A stretch of 64,000 nt of DNA from Thermoanaerobaculia bacterium (lineage in GTDB: Bacteria > Acidobacteriota > Thermoanaerobaculia > Multivoradales > Multivoraceae), in the NCBI GenBank assembly GCA_963666565.1, contig OY762911.1:320001-384000 (forward strand). The letters are read 5' to 3'. Positions within the stretch are counted from its first letter, which is position 1. The number at the start of each line of letters is the position of its first letter. Under the pieces are notes generated by a model. It worked only from the letters and a program-made list of their open reading frames with translations. It did no database searches and had not been told where the DNA came from. The translations under genes and the position numbers were made by a program. Below are positions 10,219-20,495 of the stretch, in pieces.

Positions 10219-11835
10219 TCAGGCGCCCCAGACGGTCACGGGCCAGCCGCCGAGGGACTCCTCGCGACGGTAGAGCTTCTCCTCCCACGGCTTCGACTCG
10301 TCCCGGTCGAAGATCACCAGGTGGCCCGACTCGGCGCCGCACTTGTCCGTGTAGGCCAAGGTCTGCTCCAGGCCTTCGCGGATCGTCGCCTCCAGGCTGC
10401 CGCGGAGGATCTTGCACTCCACGACGTAGCGGCACGCCGGCACGCCGGGCTCGGCGGCGCCGGCGAAGCGGCCCGGCGGCCACACGATCAGCAGGTCCGT
10501 CCGGCGGCTGCCCAGCGCGTACTCCCGCTCGATCCGCCCGCCGCCGTTGACGATCCGCTGCAGGAACGTCTGCAGAATCAACTGCGAACCCGCCTCCTTG
10601 TACTGGAACCGCTCCAGCCAGTGCTCCGAGTGCTCCCGGAAGAAGCGCTGGAACGCCGCCAACAGGCCCTCCACGTCCAGGTCGCCGTCCGGCTTCACGT
10701 ACCACTCCGTCTCCTGGAGGATCTCGTCCTCGCGGGCGTACATGAGCTCCCGCGGGATCACTTCCCGGTAGATGGGATTGGCGATCCGGCGCGGGCGGCG
10801 CCGCGCCAGCAGGCCCAAGTCCCGGACGTACTCCACGTCGTTCGAACTGGCCATGTCCGCGCCACTCGTCGCCCCGCCGCTCAGGACCGGTTCGACGACG
10901 CGCCGCACCCGCTCCTCCTGGAGCTTGTCCGCCAACTGGTGCAGATGGGTCTGGCGGCTGAGGATCAGCTCCTCGCGCGCCTCCATGATCTCTTCCTCGT
11001 CGATCGTCCGGGAGCGGTCCCGGTTCGCCTTGTTCTCGAAGCAGGCCTCGTTGGCCAGCGCGTTCACCAGCCACGGCTGGCCCCGGGACTGGTTCCACAC
11101 CGCGGCGACCGCGCCCTCGGTGAACTCCTGTTCCGTCTCCTCCGCGTGCTGGCCGAGCAGCGCGCGCACGTCCGCCTCGTCGAAGTCGCCCAGCCGCAGC
11201 GACTTCGCCTTGATGTTGAAGGCGCTGCCGCCGGCGATGATCTCGCCCGCCGACTCCGAGTGGATGCGATAGTCCCGCACGTCGCGGATGCCGCACAGGA
11301 TGACGCTCTGGGGAAACGCGGCCGGGCGGTTCGCGTACCCGGCCCGCAACTGGCGAAGCACGGAGATCAGCGTGTCGCCCACCAGGGCGTCGATCTCGTC
11401 GATCATCAACACCAGCGGCCTTGGGTCGTTCAGGGACCATCGCCCCAGCGCCTGCCGCAATGCACCGTGCGGGCCGGCGCGCGACAGCGCCTGCTCCCAC
11501 GTTCCGTCCAGAAAGTCGTCGCCCAGAGTTATGAGCGCCTCCTCCGACAGGCCCGCCAGCACGGCTCGCATTCCCGCGCCGACGTCCCCGCGCGCCGTCT
11601 GCCCGGTCTCGACGTTGGCGTAGACGCACCGGTAGTCGTCGCCCGCGTTCAGGAGGTCGCGCAGCGCCAGCAGCGCCGAGGTCTTCCCCGTCTGCCGCGG
11701 CGCGTGCAGCACGAAGTAGCGCTCGTCCCGGATGAGGCGCAGGACCTCGTCGAGGTCGAACCGCTCGAGCGGCGGGATGCTGTAGTGCTTGGCCGGAACT
11801 ACCGGCCCGGAAGTGTTGAAGAAGCGCTCGGCCAT
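10219..11835 (-). CDS. AAA-like ATPase fused to C-terminal PD-(D/E)XK nuclease
   Basis: Walker A APRQTGKT, Walker B LMIDEID; C-terminal REY...RTDLLI...VVECK. Confidence 0.85.
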   Translation of the reverse strand: MAERFFNTSGPVVPAKHYSIPPLERFDLDEVLRLIRDERYFVLHAPRQTGKTSALLALRDLLNAGDDYRCVYANVETGQTARGDVGAGMRAVLAGLSEEALITLGDDFLDGTWEQALSRAGPHGALRQALGRWSLNDPRPLVLMIDEIDALVGDTLISVLRQLRAGYANRPAAFPQSVILCGIRDVRDYRIHSESAGEIIAGGSAFNIKAKSLRLGDFDEADVRALLGQHAEETEQEFTEGAVAAVWNQSRGQPWLVNALANEACFENKANRDRSRTIDEEEIMEAREELILSRQTHLHQLADKLQEERVRRVVEPVLSGGATSGADMASSNDVEYVRDLGLLARRRPRRIANPIYREVIPRELMYAREDEILQETEWYVKPDGDLDVEGLLAAFQRFFREHSEHWLERFQYKEAGSQLILQTFLQRIVNGGGRIEREYALGSRRTDLLIVWPPGRFAGAAEPGVPACRYVVECKILRGSLEATIREGLEQTLAYTDKCGAESGHLVIFDRDESKPWEEKLYRREESLGGWPVTVWGA

Positions 11836-11927
11836 CGTGCCGCCCTCGCCGTTCGGCGATGCCTGGCGTCATCGTACCGCGCAGTCCGGCGCGAACTCCC
11901 CGGCGCTTTGCGGCTTCACCCCGGAGA

Positions 11928-11953
11928 GCGGGTCAGAAGACCCGCGCACCCAG
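11928..11953. repeat. REP-like palindrome
   Basis: gcgggtcagaagacccgcgcacccag. Confidence 0.85.
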
Positions 11954-11983
11954 CGGCCCGGTCCGCGGCCGATTCGCCGCGAT

Positions 11984-13318
11984 TCAGCCCGACGCCAGCG
12001 GCAGTTCCACTTCGAAGGTGGCCCCCGGGCCGCCGTCGTCCCGCACCCGCGCCTCGCCGCCGTGGGCCACGGCGATGCGGCGGACGATCGCGAGGCCCAG
12101 GCCGGTGCCTCCGCGACGGCCGGAATGGAACAGGTCGAACACCTGCTCCCGCTCCGCGGCATCCACGCCCGGCCCGTTGTCGCTCACCGCGAGCACGACG
12201 GAACCGGGCCGGGCTTCCGCTTCCAGCCGGAGCCGGGGCCGGTCGCAATCGCTCATCGCGGCCACGGCGTTGTCGATCAGGTTGAGCAGCAATTGGTTCA
12301 ACTGTTCGCGGTCGACCTGGAGCGGCGCTCCGCCGGTCCGGTCCTCTATCTCCACCGGGATGCCGGCGGACCGGAGCTTGCCGGCCACGACTTCGGCGCC
12401 GTGGCGCAGCAGTTCGTCGGCGGTGGTCCGTTCGAGCTTCAGTTCGGCCGGGCGCGCGTAGCTCAGGAAATCGGACACGAGCCGCTCCAGGCGGCCGACT
12501 TCGGAGCGCGTGATGGCGACCAGCCGCTGCGAAGAACCGCCGGCGGAGGCTTCGCGGGCCGTCATCTCCTCCTGGAGCATCTGCATGTTCAGGTTCAGCG
12601 AGTTCAGGGGACTGCGGATCTCGTGCGCCAGGCCGGACGCCAGGGTGCCCACATAAGCCATCTGCTCCGCCTCCTGCGCCTGCCGCTCGGCCAGGGCGGT
12701 CCGCCGCGAGAGGCGACCGTACAGAAGGTAGCCCGCCGCGAACAGCGCTACCGTCAGCACCGCGACGATTGCCGTCTGCCGCAACAGTTCGCGGCGCAGC
12801 GTGGCGAGGCGCTGCTGCAGCTCGGTGCTGGAGATTCCGATCTGGAACGTGCCGACGCTTCCCACCGGAACCGAAACGGTTTCGTAAGGCGTCTGGCGGT
12901 TGACCGATTCCGCGACGATGGAAGGCGATTCCAGGTTCGGCGGGCCGTCGCCGTCGGTACGGGTCTCCTCCCGGCGGTTGCGAAACACCAAGTGTCCCTC
13001 GCTGTCGAAGACCTCGACGGTCTCGACGATGTCGCGCTGCACCAGCACGGAGTCGATGTAGCGCCTGGTGTCGGACTCGGTCGCCATCGCCGTGTAGAGG
13101 TCGCGGCCGGTTGCCTCCACCCGGCCGGCGATGCGCTCGGCCAGGTCCTCGGCCTCCGTTCGCGCCTCGACCACGATCCGGGTCACCTCCCGCTCGGACA
13201 GCGACCGGAAGATCAGCCAGCCGAACAGGGCGAGGTCGGCGAGCACGAAGGCGCCGAGCACCGCCGCCCAGATGCGCCGCCGCCGCTGGCGCCGGTCGCT
13301 GCCGATCCAGTCCCACAC
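11984..13318 (-). CDS. Membrane sensor histidine kinase
   Basis: Two TM segments, H-box LAHEIRSPL, N-box NLIDNA, G-boxes DNGPG and GTGLGL; GTG start inferred. Confidence 0.9.
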   Translation of the reverse strand: MWDWIGSDRRQRRRRIWAAVLGAFVLADLALFGWLIFRSLSEREVTRIVVEARTEAEDLAERIAGRVEATGRDLYTAMATESDTRRYIDSVLVQRDIVETVEVFDSEGHLVFRNRREETRTDGDGPPNLESPSIVAESVNRQTPYETVSVPVGSVGTFQIGISSTELQQRLATLRRELLRQTAIVAVLTVALFAAGYLLYGRLSRRTALAERQAQEAEQMAYVGTLASGLAHEIRSPLNSLNLNMQMLQEEMTAREASAGGSSQRLVAITRSEVGRLERLVSDFLSYARPAELKLERTTADELLRHGAEVVAGKLRSAGIPVEIEDRTGGAPLQVDREQLNQLLLNLIDNAVAAMSDCDRPRLRLEAEARPGSVVLAVSDNGPGVDAAEREQVFDLFHSGRRGGTGLGLAIVRRIAVAHGGEARVRDDGGPGATFEVELPLASG

Positions 13319-13358
13319 GCTCGAACGGTACAAGACGGACGCGGTGTACGATGATTCC

Positions 13359-14945
13359 GTGCTTGCGTTGCGGCTTGGCGCCGGATTGGCCGCCGCCCTC
13401 GTTGCGGGCTGCGCCCCGGACGCCCCGCGCGACACGACGCGCCTGACCGTCGGCATGCGGTTCGAGTATCCGACGCCGAACGAACTGATCGTCCCCCCGA
13501 CCCTCGGCCACAAGGCGATCACCTCCCAGTTCCTGCTGCCGCTGATGGACGAGGAACCCGACTACCGCGAAGGCCCGCCTTCCTGGAATCCGGCCCTGGC
13601 CGAGACGTGGGAGTTCTCGGAGGACCGTCTGGCCCTGACCGTCCGGCTCCGCGCCGGCGCACGGTGGAGCGACGGCCAGCCGGTCACGGCGGACGACGTT
13701 CGCTTCTCCTGGCAGGCGCAGACCGACCCGGACGTCGCCTGGACGTTCGCGACCGCCAAGGAAGCCATCGCCGACGTGGAGGCAGTGGACGAGCGCACCG
13801 TGCGGTTCCGTTTCAGCCGGGCCTCGCCCACGCAACTGGCCGACGCGGCGCCGGAGGCCGTGCTTCCGCGTCATGCCTGGGGAGAGCGGCCGTTCGGCGA
13901 GTGGCGGAGCGACCCGGGCTGGTTCTTCGAGAACCCGGTCGCCAGTGGGCCGTTCCTGATCGAGAACCGCACGCCGGGCCGGGAGCTCGTCCTTGGCCGC
14001 AACCCGGAGTACTTCGAAGCGGACCTGCCGCGGCTCGACCGGGTCGTCCTGCGCACCGCCGCCGACGGCGCCGCGCTCGCGACGCAACTCCTCGCCGGCG
14101 AACTCGACGTGGTCACGGGCATCGGCGCCGCGGACGCGGAGCGCATCGAGGGCCGGCCCGACCTCCGGGTCCACGCCTACTCCAGCCGGCAGTACACGTT
14201 CGTCTCCTGGAACACGGGCCGGCCGCAGTTCGAGGACGCGGCGACCCGGCGGGCGCTGGCACTGGCGGTCGATCGCCAGGCGATCGTCGACACCGTCTGG
14301 CGCGGCTATGCACGGGCCGGCAGCAGCCCGATCCCGTCCGACGTCTGGGCGCGCGACCCGGAGCTCGAACCGTGGCGGCACGACCGGGAGGCCGCCCGCG
14401 CCGCGCTGGCCGAGGCCGGCTGGAGCGACGGCGACGGCGACGGCGTCCTCGAGCGCGGCGGCAAGCCGTTCAGCTTCGAGCTGGCGACCTTCGCCGGCGC
14501 CGCGGCGCGCTGGGACGCGATGCAGATGATCCAGGCCGACCTGCGCGCCGTCGGCATCGACGCCCAGCCCCGGCGCTTCGATCCGAACGCGCTGCTGCCG
14601 CGGCTGCTCGGCAACGACTTCGACGCGGCCGTCGCCGGGTTCGCGATCGACACCAGCCTGGACCTCCGCCCCACCTTTCACAGCGAGTCCATCGGTGGCG
14701 GCCACAACTGGGCCGCCTACGCGAATCCCGAGGTCGACGCGCTGATCGAGAGCGTCGCCGGCCGGCTCGATCCCCAGGCGAGCCTGGAGGACCTGCACCG
14801 GCTGCAGCGCATCCTGCACGACGACCAGCCCATGCTGGTGCTGTGGGAACCGCTGAGCCTGGCGGCGTTCGACGCGGAACTGGAATCCGTGACGCCGAAC
14901 GCGCTGAGCCCGCTCGCGAACCTGGAGGAGTGGGCGTGGCGCTGA
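13359..14945 (+). CDS. Peptide/nickel ABC transporter substrate-binding lipoprotein (family 5)
   Basis: Lipobox LVAGC; PALAETW, WSDGQPVTADDVRFS motifs. Confidence 0.9.
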   Translation: MLALRLGAGLAAALVAGCAPDAPRDTTRLTVGMRFEYPTPNELIVPPTLGHKAITSQFLLPLMDEEPDYREGPPSWNPALAETWEFSEDRLALTVRLRAGARWSDGQPVTADDVRFSWQAQTDPDVAWTFATAKEAIADVEAVDERTVRFRFSRASPTQLADAAPEAVLPRHAWGERPFGEWRSDPGWFFENPVASGPFLIENRTPGRELVLGRNPEYFEADLPRLDRVVLRTAADGAALATQLLAGELDVVTGIGAADAERIEGRPDLRVHAYSSRQYTFVSWNTGRPQFEDAATRRALALAVDRQAIVDTVWRGYARAGSSPIPSDVWARDPELEPWRHDREAARAALAEAGWSDGDGDGVLERGGKPFSFELATFAGAAARWDAMQMIQADLRAVGIDAQPRRFDPNALLPRLLGNDFDAAVAGFAIDTSLDLRPTFHSESIGGGHNWAAYANPEVDALIESVAGRLDPQASLEDLHRLQRILHDDQPMLVLWEPLSLAAFDAELESVTPNALSPLANLEEWAWR

Positions 14946-14967
14946 TCGTTGCCGGCCGGCCGCGCCG

Positions 14968-15933
14968 GTGATCCGCTTCGTCCTGCGCCGCCTGCTGGCC
15001 GCGGCGGTCCTCTTCCTCATCGTCCTGACCCTGGCCTTCGCCGCGGTGGCGCTGGCGCCCGGCGACCCGCTCGCGCCCTCCGACCCGCGGATACCGCCGG
15101 AGCAGGCGGAGCGGCTGCGCGCGCTCTACGGGCTCGACCAGCCGGTTCCGGTGCAGTACGTCCGCTGGCTGGGCGCCGTCGGCCTGCGCTGGGACTGGGG
15201 GCAGTCCTACCGGACCGGCCAGCCGGTGGCCGACGTCCTGTTCGAGGCCCTGCCGCCCACCCTGCTGCTGGCCGGCGCGGCCCTGCTCGCGCAGTATCTG
15301 CTCGGGATCGGCCTGGGGCTGCTCGCCGCCTTCCGGCCGAACTCGTGGCTCGACCTGGGCGTGCGGGTGGCGAGCCTGGTCGTCTACGCCCTGCCGACGT
15401 TCTGGGTCGGCCTGATGGCGGTGCTCGTGCTGGCGGTGGGGCTGGGCGTGGCGCCGGCCGGCGGCATGACGTCCGCCGCGGCCTTCGAGCTGGGTCCCGC
15501 GGCGGCGGCGCTCGACGTGCTGGCGCATCTCTGGCTGCCGGCGCTGGTGCTCGGCCTTTCGATGGCCGGCGACATCGCCCGCTACACCCGCACTTCGGTG
15601 ATCGAGTTCCAGGCGACGGAGGCGGGCCGCGCGGCGCGGGCTCGCGGCCTGTCCGAATCCCGGATCCTGCTCGTCCACGGTCTCGCTCACGCGGCGCCGC
15701 GTCTGCTGCAGCTCGCCTCGGTCTCGGCGCCGCTCCTGTTGTCGGGGGCGGTGGTGGCCGAGGTCGTCTTCGCCTGGCCCGGCCTGGGGAGCGCGACGCT
15801 TCTGGCGATCCAGTCGCGCGACATTCCCGTGGTGCTCGCGGCGACCGCCTACGGGGCCGTCCTGGTGATCGCCGCGTCGCTGGCCGCCGATCTCCTGCTC
15901 GCCCGGCTTGACCCGAGGATCCGGGCGGAATGA
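14968..15933 (+). CDS. Peptide ABC transporter permease (DppB/OppB-like)
   Basis: YGLDQPVPVQYVRWL, ARARGL, EVVFAWPGLG. Confidence 0.92.
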   Translation: MIRFVLRRLLAAAVLFLIVLTLAFAAVALAPGDPLAPSDPRIPPEQAERLRALYGLDQPVPVQYVRWLGAVGLRWDWGQSYRTGQPVADVLFEALPPTLLLAGAALLAQYLLGIGLGLLAAFRPNSWLDLGVRVASLVVYALPTFWVGLMAVLVLAVGLGVAPAGGMTSAAAFELGPAAAALDVLAHLWLPALVLGLSMAGDIARYTRTSVIEFQATEAGRAARARGLSESRILLVHGLAHAAPRLLQLASVSAPLLLSGAVVAEVVFAWPGLGSATLLAIQSRDIPVVLAATAYGAVLVIAASLAADLLLARLDPRIRAE

Positions 15934-16973
15934 GGCGTTCCTCCCTGCCGCCGGCGGCGCGCGCCGGCGCCGGCATCCTGGGCTGTCTGGCGCTGCTGGC
16001 GGCGGCCGCTCCGCTGCTCGCTCCGCGCGACCCGGCCGAGCAACTGGACGCCGCCGAATCGAGCCGGCGGCCGCCGCTGTCGTCCCTGCTCGTCGTGCGC
16101 ACGGTGGACGCCGAACCGCGGTTGGCGGAGAGCGTGACGGTCGAGCGGGGCGACCTCGTCCTGGCGCGGCGCTCGGGTTCGCTGCGCGTACCGCTCGGTT
16201 CCGTGACGAACTACGGCGACGACGGCATCGAAGAGCGCCGGCGGAACTGGCTGGGCACGGACGCCCTGGGCCGCGATGTCCTCTCGCGGTTGCTCCACGG
16301 CGCCCGCGTGTCGCTGACGATCGGCCTGCTCGCCGCCGCTCTCGCGCTGACGGCGGGCACCGTGGTGGGAGCGTGCGCGGCGATCGGCGGGCGCTTCGTC
16401 GACCAGGCGCTGATGCGCGCGGTGGACGGCCTGCTCTGCTTTCCCCATCTGGCGCTGGTGCTGCTGCTGGCGGCGCTCTACCGGCCCAGCACGGCGCTGC
16501 TCGTGCTGCTGATCGGCGGCACCGGCTGGATGGGGCTCGCACGGCTCGTGCGGGCCGAGATCCTGCGGCTGAGAGAGGAACCGTTCGCCCTGGCCGCCGC
16601 CGCCGCGGGCCGCTCGCCGGCCGGCGTCCTCGTCCGCCATCTGCTGCCGAACGCAACGACGCCGCTGCTGGTCGACGCGAGCCTGCGGGTGGGCGCCAGC
16701 ATCCTGGTCGAGTCGGCGCTCTCGTTCCTGGGGCTCGGCGTGCAGCCGCCGCAGCCGAGCTGGGGCTCGATGATCGCGGACGGCCAGAGCCACCTGACGA
16801 CGGCATGGTGGATCGCCGCCTTCCCCGGCCTGATGGTCGCCGCCGCCGTGCTCGGTTCGAGCCTCCTCGCCGACGGCCTGAGCGACCGGCTCGCGGGCCT
16901 GCGGGCCGGCCGCCGCGCACCCTGGGCGTTCCGCACCTGGCTGGGAGTCGACGCCGCGGGGTCGCGGCGTTGA
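15930..16973 (+). CDS. Peptide ABC transporter permease (DppC/OppC-like)
   Basis: LGTDALGRDVLSRLLHGARVSL, ESALSFLGLGVQPPQPSWG. Confidence 0.92.
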   Translation: MRRSSLPPAARAGAGILGCLALLAAAAPLLAPRDPAEQLDAAESSRRPPLSSLLVVRTVDAEPRLAESVTVERGDLVLARRSGSLRVPLGSVTNYGDDGIEERRRNWLGTDALGRDVLSRLLHGARVSLTIGLLAAALALTAGTVVGACAAIGGRFVDQALMRAVDGLLCFPHLALVLLLAALYRPSTALLVLLIGGTGWMGLARLVRAEILRLREEPFALAAAAAGRSPAGVLVRHLLPNATTPLLVDASLRVGASILVESALSFLGLGVQPPQPSWGSMIADGQSHLTTAWWIAAFPGLMVAAAVLGSSLLADGLSDRLAGLRAGRRAPWAFRTWLGVDAAGSRR

Positions 16974-16996
16974 CCCGCACGGAAGCGGTCGCCGGC

Positions 16997-17182
16997 CGGT
17001 GCGCGGGTCTTCCGACCCGCCGCCGCCGAAGGCGGCCAGGAGGACGTGCCGGCCGTCAGGCCGGCGCCGCTCGGGTGGGCGTCTCGTCTGGCGCGGTCGC
17101 CGGCCCTGGGCCGGCGGCCCCGTTGTCCGGGCTGCGCCGCTCCGCGGCGCCGCCCGTGAGCGGGTCGGAAGACCCGCGCACC
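16997..17182. repeat. REPIN-like doublet (two inverted REPs around an internal spacer)
   Basis: ggtgcgcgggtcttccgacccgc ... gcgggtcggaagacccgcgcacc; internal sequence shared with 23998-24172 and 28834-28910. Confidence 0.85.
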
Positions 17183-17226
17183 GACACCCGGAGACGTGCC
17201 GACACTCCGGCAGAGGCGGGCGAAGC

Positions 17227-18405
17227 GTGACCGGCAGCGAACTCAGGACCTCGGACTTCGACTACGACCTGCCGCCGGAGGCGATCGCTCAGCACGCCGG
17301 CGAACGCGGCGAGAGCCGGCTGCTGGTCCTGGGCCAGGCCGCCGAGGAACGGCTCTTCGCCGAGCTGCCGGACCTGCTCGATCCCGGCGACCTGCTTGTC
17401 GTCAACGACACTTGGGTCATTCCGGCCCGGCTGCGTGCGCGGCGGCCGACGGGCGGGAGCGTGGAGATCCTGCTGATCGAACCGGCGGACGGCGCGCGCC
17501 AACCGGACGGCGAACCGGACAGCGCGCCCGAGCCGCCAGACGCACGCGAACCGGCAGGCGCCGCTTCCTGGTGGTGCCTGCTCCGTCCCGGCCGCCGGCT
17601 GCCGCCGGGCGCGACTCTCACTGTCGAGGGCGGCCCGGCGGCCCGGGTCGAGGAGCGCGCGGACGGGCGCTTCCGGCTCGCCTTCTCGCAGCCGATCGAA
17701 CCCCTGCTGGAAGAGATCGGCAAGACGCCGCTGCCTCCGTACATCGAACGGCCGGCCGAGCCGCGAGACAAGGAGCGCTACCAGACCGTCTACGCCGCGC
17801 AACCCGGCGCCGTCGCGGCGCCGACCGCCGGCCTCCACTTCACGCCGGAACTTCTCGAGGCGCTCGAACGACGCGGAATCCGGCGGGCGACCGTCACCCT
17901 GCACGTCGGCCCCGGCACCTTCCGGCCGGTCAAGACGGAAGACCCGGCGGTGCACGTCATGGACTCCGAACGCTTCGAGATCCCGGTAGCCACGGCCGAG
18001 GCGATCGCCGCCACGCGCCGGCGCGGGGGACGGGTGGTGGCCGTCGGCACGACGGTCGTCCGCTCGCTCGAGACCGCCGCGACCGACGCCCCGGACTGGG
18101 AGCTCTCGGCCGAGCGAGATACGCCGGAGACGCCGGTACCCTCGCCGACCGGTGCGGGAGGTAGCAGCGACGGACCGGTCGCCGCTGGCGCCGGACGAAC
18201 GGAGCTCTACATCCGCCCCGGCTACCGGTTCCGCGTCGTCGACCGCCTGATCACGAACTTCCACCTGCCTCGCTCGACCCTGCTCATGCTGGTCTGCGCG
18301 TTCGCCGGCCGCCGCCGCACGCTCGACGCCTACCGGCAGGCGGCAGCGAGCGGCTTCCGCTTCGCCTCCTACGGCGACGCGATGCTGGTCGACAGGATGC
18401 GGTGA
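17227..18405 (+). CDS. queA: S-adenosylmethionine:tRNA ribosyltransferase-isomerase
   Basis: SDFDYDLPPEAIAQ, AVAAPTAGLHFT, LITNFHLPRSTL, SYGDAM. Confidence 0.97.
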   Translation: MTGSELRTSDFDYDLPPEAIAQHAGERGESRLLVLGQAAEERLFAELPDLLDPGDLLVVNDTWVIPARLRARRPTGGSVEILLIEPADGARQPDGEPDSAPEPPDAREPAGAASWWCLLRPGRRLPPGATLTVEGGPAARVEERADGRFRLAFSQPIEPLLEEIGKTPLPPYIERPAEPRDKERYQTVYAAQPGAVAAPTAGLHFTPELLEALERRGIRRATVTLHVGPGTFRPVKTEDPAVHVMDSERFEIPVATAEAIAATRRRGGRVVAVGTTVVRSLETAATDAPDWELSAERDTPETPVPSPTGAGGSSDGPVAAGAGRTELYIRPGYRFRVVDRLITNFHLPRSTLLMLVCAFAGRRRTLDAYRQAAASGFRFASYGDAMLVDRMR

Positions 18406-19130
18406 GCGAGCGCCGCCGCGCCGAAGCCGTTGTCGATGTTGACGACGGCGATGCCCGGCGCGCAGGCCGTCAGCATGGTGAGCAGCGGGCCGATCCCCTC
18501 GAAGCTCGCGCCGTAGCCGACGCTGGTCGGCACCGCGACCACCGGACAGGGCGCCAGGCCGGCGATCACCGTGGGCAGGGCGCCGTCCATTCCCGCCACG
18601 ACCACGGCGACGGCGGCCCGGCGGATGGAATCGACCGAGTCGAGCAGGCGCTGGAGCCCGGCGACGCCGACGTCGCGGATCGATTCGACCTCGTGGCCCA
18701 GCCACTCGGCGCAGACGGCCGCCTCCCGCGCAACCGGGAAGTCGGCGGTACCGGCGCTCACGACGGCGATCCGGCGCCCCGAGGGCGGTCCGAAGCGGCC
18801 GGCGCTCCAGACCCTCGCGCGCGGCTCGAAGCGGCCCTCGGGCAGTGCGGCGCCCAGCAGCGCGGCGGCCTCCGGGCCGACCCGCGTGACCAGCACGCGG
18901 CCCGAGTCCGCCACCATCGCTTCGACGATGCCGACCAGCTCGTCCTCGCTCTTGCCCTGGCCGAAGACGACTTCGGGCAGGCCGCTGCGAAGTTCCCGCT
19001 GGAGGTCGAGCTTGGCGGCGCCCAGGTCGAGGTAGGGCAGGCGGGCCACGCGTTCGTGTGCGGCCTCGGGCGAGACGTCGCCGGTGGCGACGTCCCGAAG
19101 CAGATCGAGGAGCTCGTCTCTCGAGGGCAC
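18369..19130 (-). CDS. larB: Nickel pincer cofactor biosynthesis protein LarB
   Basis: PEVVFGQGK, DVGVAGL, PTSVGYG, VVNIDNGFGAA. Confidence 0.93.
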   Translation of the reverse strand: MPSRDELLDLLRDVATGDVSPEAAHERVARLPYLDLGAAKLDLQRELRSGLPEVVFGQGKSEDELVGIVEAMVADSGRVLVTRVGPEAAALLGAALPEGRFEPRARVWSAGRFGPPSGRRIAVVSAGTADFPVAREAAVCAEWLGHEVESIRDVGVAGLQRLLDSVDSIRRAAVAVVVAGMDGALPTVIAGLAPCPVVAVPTSVGYGASFEGIGPLLTMLTACAPGIAVVNIDNGFGAAALAHRILSTSIASP

Positions 19131-19134
19131 CGGC

Positions 19135-20001
19135 CTACACGGCGTCGGCGCCGCCGCTCCGGTAGCCGCGCGGGTCGAGCGCGGCGCTCTCGAAGCCGAA
19201 CTCGCGCAGGCGCGCCTCGATCTCGCCCCACTGCCGCTCGGCCTCGGGAAGTTCGCCCTGCCCTACTTCGACCCGGGCCGCGGCGCCGTCGTGGCGCACC
19301 CTCAGAACGCGGAAGCCCCGCCCCTGGAGTTCCGCCTCGGCGGCCTCGATCCGGCGGAGCTTGGGCAGGGTGACGAGCTGGCCATGCGGTATCCGCGACG
19401 ACAGGCAGGCGTTCGCGGGCCGGTCCCAGACGGTGAGGCCGAGCGACCGCGCCAGCCGGCGTGCGGCCGCCTTCGTCACGCCGTGCGCCAGCAGCGGGCT
19501 GTAGACCCCCCGCTCGCGCACCGCCCGCAGGCCCGGCCGATCCGGGCCCGGATCGGATGCGTTCGTGCCGTCGCAGACGGTGGCGAAACAGCCGGTTTCC
19601 GCCAGTTCCAGCATGCGGTCCATGCGCAGCCCCTGGCACACGTAGCAGCGATGCCGCGGGTTCGCCCGGAACTCCGGTTCGTCCAGCTCGCTGTAGGTCG
19701 TCACCAGGTGGCGGATGCCGATCTCGGCCGCCAGCCGGCGGGCGTGGTCAAGTTCCGAGCCGGCCAGCGTCTCGGCCGCCGCCGTCACCGCCAGGGCCCG
19801 GCCGCCGAGGGCGCGTTGGGCCAGGGCCGCTACCAGCCCGGAATCGACGCCTCCCGAGAAGGCGACCAGCACGGAGCCGCGACTGCCGAGATCCTCCTCG
19901 AGCGCCCGCAGAAGCCCTGCCGAGTGCGCCGGCTGCCGCGCGGGCCGGCGCTGCGCCCCGGTTCCGCCAGCCCCGGCCGGCGCCGCCGTCAAGTCCACCA
20001 T
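19135..20001 (-). CDS. larE: ATP-dependent sulfur transferase LarE
   Basis: PP-loop SGGVDS, RCYVC, RPGLRA, ACLSSRIP. Confidence 0.92.
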   Translation of the reverse strand: MVDLTAAPAGAGGTGAQRRPARQPAHSAGLLRALEEDLGSRGSVLVAFSGGVDSGLVAALAQRALGGRALAVTAAAETLAGSELDHARRLAAEIGIRHLVTTYSELDEPEFRANPRHRCYVCQGLRMDRMLELAETGCFATVCDGTNASDPGPDRPGLRAVRERGVYSPLLAHGVTKAAARRLARSLGLTVWDRPANACLSSRIPHGQLVTLPKLRRIEAAEAELQGRGFRVLRVRHDGAAARVEVGQGELPEAERQWGEIEARLREFGFESAALDPRGYRSGGADAV

Positions 20002-20011
20002 GTCCGCGAGC

Positions 20012-20473
20012 CTATGGTTCCTGGCCCTGATCGTCGCCGCGGCCGAGTTCGAACTTCCGGCGCGGCGCGGCGGTGCCCCGCAGCATGACGGGCACCGCGA
20101 ACAGGGCCGCGTACACGCCGAAGGTCAGAATCGGCACCAGCGGCATCGCCTCGAGCTGTTCGCGCCGGGCCATGGAACGGATCAGGTAGAGCCAGCCCGG
20201 CGGGCCGAACAGGTAGAGCACGAACAGGAGCCGCGTGCGCGCCACCTGCAGGACGAACTGGTCCAGGCTGCGGCCGGCGAAGCGGCGCTCGCGGCCCGAG
20301 CGCTGGACGTAGACGTTGCCGAAGAACCAGCCGGCGAACGCGGCCAGGATGTACAGCGGGTACAGCTCCAGTTCGAAGGTCAGGTTCCACCGCAGGATGC
20401 CGAGTTGGGCCAGGATGCCGACCGACCACGCCGCCAGGCTCGACGACAGGGTGACGGTCTCCAGGCCCTTCAT
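20012..20473 (-). CDS. Hypothetical membrane protein (about 4 TM)
   Basis: Hydrophobic ORF in the gcvH-larE operon. Confidence 0.65.
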   Translation of the reverse strand: MKGLETVTLSSSLAAWSVGILAQLGILRWNLTFELELYPLYILAAFAGWFFGNVYVQRSGRERRFAGRSLDQFVLQVARTRLLFVLYLFGPPGWLYLIRSMARREQLEAMPLVPILTFGVYAALFAVPVMLRGTAAPRRKFELGRGDDQGQEP

Positions 20474-20495
20474 CGACGCGCCTCCGGCCAAGGCC

